From positions 165,657-229,656 of IMG/VR virus record IMGVR_UViG_3300048672_001051: a DNA stretch of 64,000 bases; one strand, 5' to 3'. The notes below the pieces were generated by a model, which did no database searches, was not told the origin of the DNA, and worked only from the letters and a program-made list of their open reading frames with translations. Every line of letters begins with the position of its first letter. The stretch's first letter is position 1. Positions 55,226 to 63,078 of the stretch are shown here, piece after piece. A program made the position numbers and the translations under genes.

Positions 55226-57350
55226 TCACCTGAACACAGTTAGTGCCATCATAGTCCATATAGCTGTACTCACTAATGGATTTAACGGTACCTCGGGCCA
55301 CGTTGACCGTGTCGGCATACCTTGCAACTTGGCTTGTTACACCGTAAGAAGTTGCTGACAAGTACACTGGTACACCTACAGCTCGGACAAAGTCCAAAAT
55401 CATCGGCGTTACCACGCTTGCCGATATTTGTGAACGACCTTCGATAGAGTCGATCATGTACCCACCACATGCGGTTTTAAATACCCACATGTGTCCAAGG
55501 ATGGTGCTACCTTGGCGGAACACGTAGTTAGCCGACTTAGAATCAGTCCAGCTTTCTACGCATACAGCATGGCCTGCACCGCCAAGCTTCTGGCAGCAAG
55601 AGGTCAGCTCTCCGATGTACAAGTTGCGTACATCATTCTTAGCCAACTTCTCCATGACGAACTTGTCATTCTCTGCCACAATTTCTGGCAGTTCACAAAC
55701 AACATGGGAGTTGTTTGTTTTCACGGCAAAAGTCAGTGCCGCCTGAACATCAGGAGTTACCAAGTACTGCTCAGCAGTCTCTTTGGACACTCCTCGGCTC
55801 ACCAGAGTGTTGACAATTGCAGTCTTTGGCGAGTTGCCCAAAGTCCAATCAATTTCAAGCATGTGCTCAAAAATGATTGTTTGCAATTGCTCAGTAGAGG
55901 CAACTTGCTTCTTGAATTTCTCTGGCATTGCAGCCGCACTTGCGTACAAATGCTCGCTACGCCAGTCGATGTGGCGCATCAAATAAATTGCACGGTACTC
56001 TTCCAACGTATCTGCCGCAGCACCCAAATAGTGGCTCATGCGGATTTTTGCAATGACAGCCTCGCCATTGCAGTCGGTGTGCTTGCTGATACGCAAGGAC
56101 TTATCGACTTTAACAAATCCTTCTACTACAAGCATATTGAGCTCGTGCAGATCTTTCACTCCAGCACGCGTCACTAATGTGCCAGCTGGCAAATGTTTTG
56201 CCAACCCTAAGGCTGCAAAAGTGATGAAAGGGTTGAACGCCGAACACACTGGCGTCATTTTGGCCTTTCTCACATGACCTTCTGCGAGGGCTGGCAACAT
56301 CTTGGCCCCGTCCCACCGTGCCTCGTTATACTCGGTCGGGAGCATTGCGTTTTTCTCGCAAAACTGACCACTTGCATACAACCACGCAAGGTCAGTAGTT
56401 GGGTACGAGGAAACTTTCACGCCCCAGTCTGCCTGGTTGCGGTAATACGTAGCCGACTCTTCCAACATAACGACTTGGCTCTCAGTGCCACGGTAGTCTT
56501 GTAGGATATCGAGCGCTACACTTTTTGTAGCTGGGTACCCAGCAGACTCGAGTGCCCAAAAATTTGGGTACTCTTTTGTAAGCTCGCCGTTGCTTATGTT
56601 CAAGCTGTGAACATAGCCGATTAGGCTATGGCCGCAAGTCTCCAAAGACTCTAAGCTTTTCTTGCTGACCGGGTAGGCTCTGTTCACATCGGATTTGAGC
56701 TGGTCTAAAGCAATCAACTGCAGCTTAGGCCAGGCAGCCCGTTCCCCATACAAGCTATACATTAAATCGTACAGCCCAACAACAAAATTATGGGCCGCGT
56801 CAGATCCAACGTCTGGAGCCACTTTATAGTACATGTTGTCGAGTAGACATCCATAGTACTTAAAGCTGTCGACAGCAGCAGATATATCTGCTGACCAGAG
56901 GCAATGGTCAGCCAAGGAGTTAACTTCCCAGCCAGCAAACGCGTTGAAGCGTTTATCCCAGTAACTACAGCGAGCTATGTCGCAGAATTCATCGCGAATA
57001 TCCGCAGTGATCCTAACTGTCATGTCGTGTCTTGTCACGACAATGTTCCACATGTCCAATTCAAAGCCATTTACGGCTGTAATTTGAACATCGTGATTGT
57101 AGCCATCATGGTCGCACAAGGCGTGAATAGCCGCCGCATCGCCAGCGAGTTCTGCTGGGATCAACACCATACGGCTAGATGTATCATAGCCGTAGTCCGG
57201 ATCACACACTGAGAAGCATGTGATCTCAATGTCGATTTGCTCGCCGGCCAACAGCCCACCGATAGCTTGACGACGATCAGCTTTCAAAGCAGCGTAAGCT
57301 GCTTTTTGTGCTGAACGCATGGCTGACTCTTTACGGGTCATATTAGTCAT
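55218..57350 (-). CDS. Large early protein with C-terminal GxxTxCCQ (PcfJ/GNAT-like) domain
   Basis: IGELTSCCQKLGGAG...MWV...IDSIE; start placed at MTNMT after AAGG. Confidence 0.6.
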   Translation of the reverse strand: MTNMTRKESAMRSAQKAAYAALKADRRQAIGGLLAGEQIDIEITCFSVCDPDYGYDTSSRMVLIPAELAGDAAAIHALCDHDGYNHDVQITAVNGFELDMWNIVVTRHDMTVRITADIRDEFCDIARCSYWDKRFNAFAGWEVNSLADHCLWSADISAAVDSFKYYGCLLDNMYYKVAPDVGSDAAHNFVVGLYDLMYSLYGERAAWPKLQLIALDQLKSDVNRAYPVSKKSLESLETCGHSLIGYVHSLNISNGELTKEYPNFWALESAGYPATKSVALDILQDYRGTESQVVMLEESATYYRNQADWGVKVSSYPTTDLAWLYASGQFCEKNAMLPTEYNEARWDGAKMLPALAEGHVRKAKMTPVCSAFNPFITFAALGLAKHLPAGTLVTRAGVKDLHELNMLVVEGFVKVDKSLRISKHTDCNGEAVIAKIRMSHYLGAAADTLEEYRAIYLMRHIDWRSEHLYASAAAMPEKFKKQVASTEQLQTIIFEHMLEIDWTLGNSPKTAIVNTLVSRGVSKETAEQYLVTPDVQAALTFAVKTNNSHVVCELPEIVAENDKFVMEKLAKNDVRNLYIGELTSCCQKLGGAGHAVCVESWTDSKSANYVFRQGSTILGHMWVFKTACGGYMIDSIEGRSQISASVVTPMILDFVRAVGVPVYLSATSYGVTSQVARYADTVNVARGTVKSISEYSYMDYDGTNCVQVIA

Positions 57351-57366
57351 ATTGAATGGCACCTTA

Positions 57367-57552
57367 TTAAGCTGCAAGAGCTTTGATGGCCATTTGATGA
57401 TCAATCATCGCCTCAGCAGCATCGTGCAGATGCTCAGACAATAATGACCAGTCGATTAGTTGATCTTTAGTGTTACAATCAACGGCGTAGGTAACGAAGT
57501 TCAACAAAGGAAGAAAATCCTTTGCTGAAACTTTAACTGCGCAGGCCAGCAT
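57367..57552 (-). CDS. Hypothetical protein
   Basis: TAATG overlap with the upstream gene; AAGG SD. Confidence 0.55.
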   Translation of the reverse strand: MLACAVKVSAKDFLPLLNFVTYAVDCNTKDQLIDWSLLSEHLHDAAEAMIDHQMAIKALAA

Positions 57553-58334
57553 TATGCTGCTACCTTCAAGGCAGCACGCAGGGAGCGGCTTGTAAGAGCC
57601 GCTGCGTTTGCACTCAAGCCATATACCGCCTCAAAGTCGCTGGCAGCCAGAGCTGCTTTCTTACTCAGAGCTGCAACGCGTGCAGCTCCTGCTTTGGTGA
57701 CAACACCACCGTCTTGGGCCGCAACCCACACGAGGTGGGCGCGGGCCTTTTCAGCACGCTTGACCATACGCAGGATTTCTCCTGCGGTTTTGACAGCTTC
57801 TGCTGTCAGTTTACGAGCAGCTGGCGTTGCAGCTTTGACAGCTGCAACTTTAGCTTTTGGTACATACACTTCCGCCGCAAGACGGTGGGTGTACACGTTT
57901 CGACGTACATCCCGGGCTTTGAAGCCAGTGCCACGTTTGGCACGTTTGGCTGCCTTGATGCCACAAGCGTGGCTGCCTGTCGCAGCGATTGCTGCGACCA
58001 CTGCCTTACGGCGAGCGGTTACAACCTCACGGGCGCTGTGCCCGTACTTAGCCGCAACAGCGGCGCTTGCGGCCTTACGGGCTACATTACGTGCAGCACG
58101 TGCAGCAGCGCTGGCTATGTTGCCAGCACGGGTTTTGCTACCGTCCGAACGACGGTTACGTTTGGTGCGTGCTGCGTTACGAGCAGCCTTGCGAGCTGCT
58201 CCTTCAAGTGCACCGTCAATGATGCTTGGGTAAACCCAAGCACCAGCAACTTCGTTAACAAGTTGGGTGTCAAAATCGACACCCATGATGACTGCGAGTA
58301 GTGCAAGCACTGACTCGATGAAGAAATTTTCCAT
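57552..58334 (-). CDS. Very basic Ala/Arg/Lys-rich early protein (histone H1-like composition)
   Basis: AARKAARNAAR-type repeats; AAGGAG SD before MENFF; hydrophobic N-terminus. Confidence 0.7.
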   Translation of the reverse strand: MENFFIESVLALLAVIMGVDFDTQLVNEVAGAWVYPSIIDGALEGAARKAARNAARTKRNRRSDGSKTRAGNIASAAARAARNVARKAASAAVAAKYGHSAREVVTARRKAVVAAIAATGSHACGIKAAKRAKRGTGFKARDVRRNVYTHRLAAEVYVPKAKVAAVKAATPAARKLTAEAVKTAGEILRMVKRAEKARAHLVWVAAQDGGVVTKAGAARVAALSKKAALAASDFEAVYGLSANAAALTSRSLRAALKVAA

Positions 58335-58409
58335 GATTTTGCTCCTTAACAATGAGGTTGGGATCATTAAACCCAAACTGCCTAGTACAGTGGGATAGGA
58401 TAACTAGGA

Positions 58410-58464
58410 TGCTGTTTCGTCCTTGATTGGACTCATCAGTTAGGCAAAGAAGCCTAATACAGCA
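58410..58464 (-). ncRNA. Hammerhead ribozyme, type III (HH-A)
   Basis: Minus strand reads UGCUGU A | UUAGGC uucuuu GCCUAA CUGAUGA GUCC aaucaa GGAC GAA ACAGCA. Complete CUGAUGA/GAAA core, GUA cleavage triplet, three perfect stems. Predicted cut between 58458 and 58457. Confidence 0.93.
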
Positions 58465-58502
58465 GGTAGTTTTTTATAGAAGCATACCTAGGCTTCTCTC
58501 TC

Positions 58503-58670
58503 TTATTTAAGCGCGAGGATTTCTCCTGTGCGCTTAATGAAGAACAGATTAAACCCAACAACTTCCGAAGAAGTTGTTGGGTTGACAATGCTAGCTACGA
58601 ACACGCCTTGGCCGTGCACGGCCAAGGCGTGTGTGTAGTCAGCGACTACGCGAACTTTTGGCTTGTTCAT
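58503..58670 (-). CDS. 55-aa early protein between HH-B and HH-A (not in ORF track)
   Basis: AAGGAG SD; MNKPKVRVVADYTHALAVHGQGVFVASIVNPTTSSEVVGFNLFFIKRTGEILALK. Confidence 0.65.
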   Translation of the reverse strand: MNKPKVRVVADYTHALAVHGQGVFVASIVNPTTSSEVVGFNLFFIKRTGEILALK

Positions 58671-58755
58671 ATGATTTTCTCCTTGAATGAAAGGCTCATT
58701 ACACCTTATCTCTACCTAGTATCGAGATGAATTTATCTAGGATGCTGATGTTACA

Positions 58756-58829
58756 TGTTTGCCTCATCAGTGCATAAGGAACAACCTATATGCAGACGCC
58801 CTTATAAGAATCTATAAGGGCGTTTCGGC
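58756..58829 (-). ncRNA. Hammerhead ribozyme, type II (HH-B)
   Basis: Minus strand: GCC GAAA CGCCCUUAUA gauucu UAUAAGGGCG UC | UGCAUAuAGG uuguu CCUUAUGCA CUGAUGA GGC aAACA. GUC triplet, cut 58795/58794. Loop I UGUU can pair with the 3' tail AACA. Confidence 0.9.
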
Positions 58830-58830
58830 C

Positions 58831-59247
58831 TTATTTCTGGAGCTTATCTAGCTCCTCAGCGAGGAGGTCGCTAAGCTCAACTTTGATCAGCGCTAGCTGA
58901 TCAAGACGGGTGTGGTGACGCGCGTGATACGCGTCATTGAGGGCCTCTTGATGTTCCTTGCGGAACGAGGTCGTAACCTCCTCATGGTAGTACGAGTGGA
59001 GTTTGTACACCAAACTTATTGCATCCTCTCGGGATGCAATTGCAGTGAGAGCCCATTCACGGGCCATCAGCGAACGGCCAGTATTAAGACGGTCAAGACC
59101 GTCACGGACAGCAGCCTCGTACAGTGCTTTGCGAGCAGCGCTCGCATTGTCACGGATGGCGGTGGTACGTTTGGCGTTGCTTGGAGCAACCTCCAGAATA
59201 ATGACGAGCAATGCCAACAACAAGAGTACAACACAATATGACAACAT
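58831..59247 (-). CDS. Membrane-anchored early protein between HH-C and HH-B
   Basis: N-terminal hydrophobic segment; AAGGA SD. Confidence 0.7.
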   Translation of the reverse strand: MLSYCVVLLLLALLVIILEVAPSNAKRTTAIRDNASAARKALYEAAVRDGLDRLNTGRSLMAREWALTAIASREDAISLVYKLHSYYHEEVTTSFRKEHQEALNDAYHARHHTRLDQLALIKVELSDLLAEELDKLQK

Positions 59248-59280
59248 AATGGTATTCCTTTGGTAAGACAGTGATAGACA

Positions 59281-59344
59281 GGTTTGCCTTCATCAGTGCA
59301 TGAGTAACCAACTCATACAGACCTTACAATGTAAGGTTTCGGCA
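59281..59344 (-). ncRNA. Hammerhead ribozyme, type II (HH-C)
   Basis: Minus strand: UGCC GAAA CCUUAC auu GUAAGG UC | UGUAUGAGU ugguu ACUCAUGCA CUGAUGA A GGCA AACC. GUC triplet, cut 59320/59319. One extra A after the core; loop I GGUU can pair with tail AACC. Confidence 0.88.
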
Positions 59345-59388
59345 CAACCCTTTACTTATATACCACCAAGGGTTGGGTGGTCAGTGGA

Positions 59389-59460
59389 TCATTTGTACTC
59401 AGGGAAGAGTACTTTGATCCACTGCTCGTTCTCTAGAACGAGGATTTGAATTTGGTCCAT
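59389..59460 (-). CDS. 23-aa leader ORF (putative)
   Basis: AGGAG SD; MDQIQILVLENEQWIKVLFPEYK. Confidence 0.45.
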   Translation of the reverse strand: MDQIQILVLENEQWIKVLFPEYK

Positions 59461-59762
59461 GACTGGACTCCTATTCAGGTATTGAATCATGTTTGATTAG
59501 GCAATGATCCTTAGCCTTTGAAACGGGGGTAGGGGGCTCAACAGATGGTACCCCCCTATGTTTCCGAGGGTACCCACCCTATACAACACCTAGTCCACAA
59601 AAATAAAAATATTATTTTTAAGATTTTTTAAAGGAATTTTTTAAAGGAAACAAAAATATTTGGGGGTGGGGGCTAAAAACTAACTTTATCTTTGTATGCT
59701 ATCAACTTATTTCAAAAATAATATTTATATAAAATAATAACTATATAAGTATTATTTATACA

Positions 59763-59791
59763 TTGATTTTTATTCAAAACTAGCTCATAAT
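59763..59791 (+). promoter_or_regulatory. sigma70-like promoter
   Basis: TTGATT-17 bp-CATAAT upstream of the 59857 gene. Confidence 0.45.
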
Positions 59792-59856
59792 GTTAAAAAC
59801 AATTCTACTATTTTTATAGTAGGGAAACTATAACTATATTATGGAGGCTGTTAACG

Positions 59857-60162
59857 ATGGTCAATGTTGGTGCTAGAAAACTTACAGATAATTCACTGAT
59901 GCGTTATGGTGTATTGCCAATAGCTGGCGGTACTATGGTTGGAGGTGCTTTTGGAGTTAATGATAAGTATTTTAAAGACAACCCTAACACTAGTGTAATG
60001 GAGAGTATGGGTATTGGAGCTTTAGCTGGAGCAGGTTTGGGATTTGCTGGTATTGGTTTTTCTAAAGGCTACAAGTCTTACAAAACTTCTCTGTTTATTG
60101 AAAACAATGGCGGCTTGTCTGCTGCTCAACAACAAATGGCTAGGAAACTTAATATAACTTAA
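59857..60162 (+). CDS. Glycine-zipper membrane protein
   Basis: GGxxxGGAFG...GIGALAGAGLG; GGAGG SD. Confidence 0.65.
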   Translation: MVNVGARKLTDNSLMRYGVLPIAGGTMVGGAFGVNDKYFKDNPNTSVMESMGIGALAGAGLGFAGIGFSKGYKSYKTSLFIENNGGLSAAQQQMARKLNIT

Positions 60163-60236
60163 GTTTAAATAATGCTGGCCGGTTTAAAAAGAACTAACTG
60201 TATGTGTTGTTTACTAATAACATATATAAAATATAA

Positions 60237-60731
60237 ATGAGAAGAACTAATATGCAAGAACATATTCAAGGAGATACGTCAGCTGTTATAAATGATGACC
60301 TAGGGACAGAAACAACTTATATTAGGTTTACTACTGAAGAACAGATTGATTATAAAATCATAGACGAAGCTCCTGATGGTAGTTTTAAGGTTATTATGGA
60401 CTCTGTTCAAAGTGACCCTGACCCCTCAGGTCACGTATCTATCACTCTACCTAATAGGTTACCATTACCTGTAGTATTTGCTGGTGCTTCATCTTTTGCT
60501 ACTATCATGTTTGGTATACTTGTTATATACTTTACACAACAATCTATTAACGATAGACTTCTTAGTCAATTAGATGATATGTCTAAAGGTCAAGCTGAGA
60601 TACAATCAGAGATTTATACCAAGAAAGAAGCTGCTTTACAATTTGCTGGTTTGAAAGATGAGAACTCTAGGCAAGATGAATCTATACGTGATCTTAGAGA
60701 AGAGTTACGTCAAGTTAAGTATAAACAATGA
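60237..60731 (+). CDS. Single-TM coiled-coil protein
   Basis: Central hydrophobic segment followed by a coiled coil. Confidence 0.65.
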   Translation: MRRTNMQEHIQGDTSAVINDDLGTETTYIRFTTEEQIDYKIIDEAPDGSFKVIMDSVQSDPDPSGHVSITLPNRLPLPVVFAGASSFATIMFGILVIYFTQQSINDRLLSQLDDMSKGQAEIQSEIYTKKEAALQFAGLKDENSRQDESIRDLREELRQVKYKQ

Positions 60732-60756
60732 TGGTTGTATTCGGAGGAAAAGGTAA

Positions 60757-61083
60757 GTGACTGATATTCAAGAAGATTTACTACCAGATCTAGTAATAAA
60801 AAATATTAAAGATAATGGTGATACTAAAACTACTGAGACTATCAAGGTCAATGATAAAGATATTTTATCATTGGGGGACTTTTATAAAGACTGTCGTACA
60901 TTTTTTGAAAAAGCAAGCTCTACGAAGTTTGTAGTGACTATGTTTGTATTGATAACAAACCCACTACTATTGTATTTTGGAGTTTTGCCTTCTCAGGTCT
61001 ATCAAGAAATAATATTATTAACAACACTCACATATCTCGGTGTCGATGTATATGAGAAAAAGATTACACGTAAAAAGGTATAA
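60757..61083 (+). CDS. Holin-like two-TM protein (putative)
   Basis: Two hydrophobic segments; basic C-terminus; GGAGG SD. Confidence 0.45.
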   Translation: MTDIQEDLLPDLVIKNIKDNGDTKTTETIKVNDKDILSLGDFYKDCRTFFEKASSTKFVVTMFVLITNPLLLYFGVLPSQVYQEIILLTTLTYLGVDVYEKKITRKKV

Positions 61084-61086
61084 AAA

Positions 61087-61419
61087 ATGGGTGTAAATGC
61101 AAGTGTAGGTAACTACGCACACGGCCTATTAACTGCAGGTGGTGCACAAGGCGGTATGGCACATATCGGTTGGGGTGCCGCAGGTGGTGCCGGTGTGGGT
61201 GCAGGCGTAGGTCTGTTCTCAGATAATGAATCAATGTTCGGTGGAGCTTTTAAAGGAGCACTGGCAGGCGCTGCAGGTGGTGCCGGCTCGAAATACGTCT
61301 CAGGTCGTTATGCTGCAGGAGTCGAGAGAGCTATGGCAGCTGATCCAATGGGCTACGCTTCCGGCTATAAAACAAGTCATTTTGTAGGTGTTAAATCTAC
61401 AGATTGGAAGTATTGGTAA
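61087..61419 (+). CDS. Glycine-zipper protein
   Basis: GAAGGAGVGAGVG...SMFGGAFKGALAGAAGG. Confidence 0.65.
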   Translation: MGVNASVGNYAHGLLTAGGAQGGMAHIGWGAAGGAGVGAGVGLFSDNESMFGGAFKGALAGAAGGAGSKYVSGRYAAGVERAMAADPMGYASGYKTSHFVGVKSTDWKYW

Positions 61420-61430
61420 TTATATAATTT

Positions 61431-61457
61431 AAAGGCTCTTCTACAAAAGAGCCTTTT
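61431..61457 (+). terminator. Intrinsic terminator
   Basis: AAAGGCTCTT ctacaa AAGAGCCTTTT. Confidence 0.6.
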
Positions 61458-61477
61458 ATAAAAAGGTTTAAATATTT

Positions 61478-62254
61478 ATGGAAATAAAAGCAGAAGGGCT
61501 TAAAAATTTATTAGGCTCAGTAAATGCAAAAAAGATGGGTGCACATGCACTTGTAGGTGGTGGTATAGGTTTAGCTGGTACAGCAGGTTATAATGCTTAT
61601 ACAGGGCAAGACCATAGTATGATGGGTGGTGCTCTTTTAGGCGCTATCGGTGGCGCTGGAGCTGGACCTGCACGTAGAGCTATGAGAGGTACTGCCAACG
61701 GCACAGATGTCCAAGTTGCTGTGACACAGCACGGTCAAATGCCTACTGAGCGACAGCTGGCAGAGTCTTTTGACACACTGACTGGACGCCGTGGAGATAG
61801 CCTAACTGCCTTGCAAAGACAAAACATCGCCAGTGAAGATGCGCGTTACGCAAAGCAGCAAAATAGAATAATTCGCGGAACTAGTACTCTTGGATCTAGT
61901 GGTGAGAGTCCTGTGGCAGCGCCTTTTTGGAGTAAGAGTGCAGAAAAAGCTTCTAAGGACGTAAGTACACGCAACAGAATTCGAACTGCCGGTATAAACA
62001 GAGCTAGTGATGACTTGTACGTAGCTACAGCTGAGGATGCTGCACTAAACTCAGGTAGACAGGGTATAGACGATCGTGTAAGGCCTTTACCTGCGACACC
62101 AAGAGGGACGTCAACTGCTGAAAAAGATGCAATGAGAGATAAGATTAGCTTGCAGGGCAGACAACGACTTGCAGGGAGACCGGCTATAGTTGGAGATCCT
62201 TCGACAATTGAGCAAAGATTTCTAGGACGGCCAGGCCGTGCACCACGAGATTAG
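61478..62254 (+). CDS. Glycine-zipper protein with disordered tail
   Basis: ALVGGGIG...SMMGGALLGAIGGAG. Confidence 0.65.
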   Translation: MEIKAEGLKNLLGSVNAKKMGAHALVGGGIGLAGTAGYNAYTGQDHSMMGGALLGAIGGAGAGPARRAMRGTANGTDVQVAVTQHGQMPTERQLAESFDTLTGRRGDSLTALQRQNIASEDARYAKQQNRIIRGTSTLGSSGESPVAAPFWSKSAEKASKDVSTRNRIRTAGINRASDDLYVATAEDAALNSGRQGIDDRVRPLPATPRGTSTAEKDAMRDKISLQGRQRLAGRPAIVGDPSTIEQRFLGRPGRAPRD

Positions 62255-62315
62255 TGGTTCAGAGTGTAACAACACTTTAAAGAGTGTAAAATAATAACTA
62301 AGATACTGAATTAAA

Positions 62316-63071
62316 ATGACAGCATATATAAATAATGATGTATACACATCACACTTTTTTACAGCATTATCAACAATGTTCCCAGATGGTGAATTGTTTT
62401 TTGTAGAGGCAGTACGAGCAGTACGAGACTTAGTAAAAACACCTGAACTAAAAGAAGACATTAAAAGATTTATTAAACAAGAAGCTATGCATCGAAAAGA
62501 GCATACTAAGTTTAATAAGATGTGGTGGGAGTTAGGCTACAGAACAGACAAGCTAGAGGCTGCAACACGAGCACTTCTTGGCTTGTCTAAAAAGCTTAAG
62601 TTGAGTAACAAATCTAACTTAGCTATAACTGTAGGTTTAGAACATTTTACAGCCACATTATCAGCTATGTTTTTAAGTACAGCAGAACTTAGAGATGGAC
62701 TAGACGATAAATATAAAGACTTATGGCTTTGGCACACTTCAGAAGAAATTGACCACAAGTCAGTAGCTTTTGAAGTGTACCAAGAAATTTTTGGAGATGA
62801 CTCAAACGTATCTGCTTATTTATATAGAGTTCTCTATATGACTCTAGTTACAATAGCTATATTAATAGCTGTACACAAATATACATACACGCTACTTAAA
62901 GATGATAATACAAATACTGTATTAACTATTTTAAAAGGCTTGAACAAAACTTGGGGTGTAAATGGGTATATCTCTAAACTAATTCCAGATATCTTGGATT
63001 ATTATAGACCCGGTTTTCACCCTGCAGATCATGACCACAGAGAGCTTTTAATAAAGTACTTTAAAGGATAA
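62316..63071 (+). CDS. Predicted metal-dependent hydrolase (ferritin-like diiron, PF10118-like)
   Basis: ALSTMFPDGELFF, QEAMHRKEH, LEHFTA, WHTSEEIDHKSVAF, PGFHP. Confidence 0.85.
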   Translation: MTAYINNDVYTSHFFTALSTMFPDGELFFVEAVRAVRDLVKTPELKEDIKRFIKQEAMHRKEHTKFNKMWWELGYRTDKLEAATRALLGLSKKLKLSNKSNLAITVGLEHFTATLSAMFLSTAELRDGLDDKYKDLWLWHTSEEIDHKSVAFEVYQEIFGDDSNVSAYLYRVLYMTLVTIAILIAVHKYTYTLLKDDNTNTVLTILKGLNKTWGVNGYISKLIPDILDYYRPGFHPADHDHRELLIKYFKG

Positions 63072-63078
63072 TACAAAA

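Noticed and set aside
51321-59266. Plus-strand ORFs in the track (e.g. 55491-56177, 57694-58233, 57714-58301)
   Set aside because: Antisense shadows of GC-richer minus-strand genes, with no independent coding signal.
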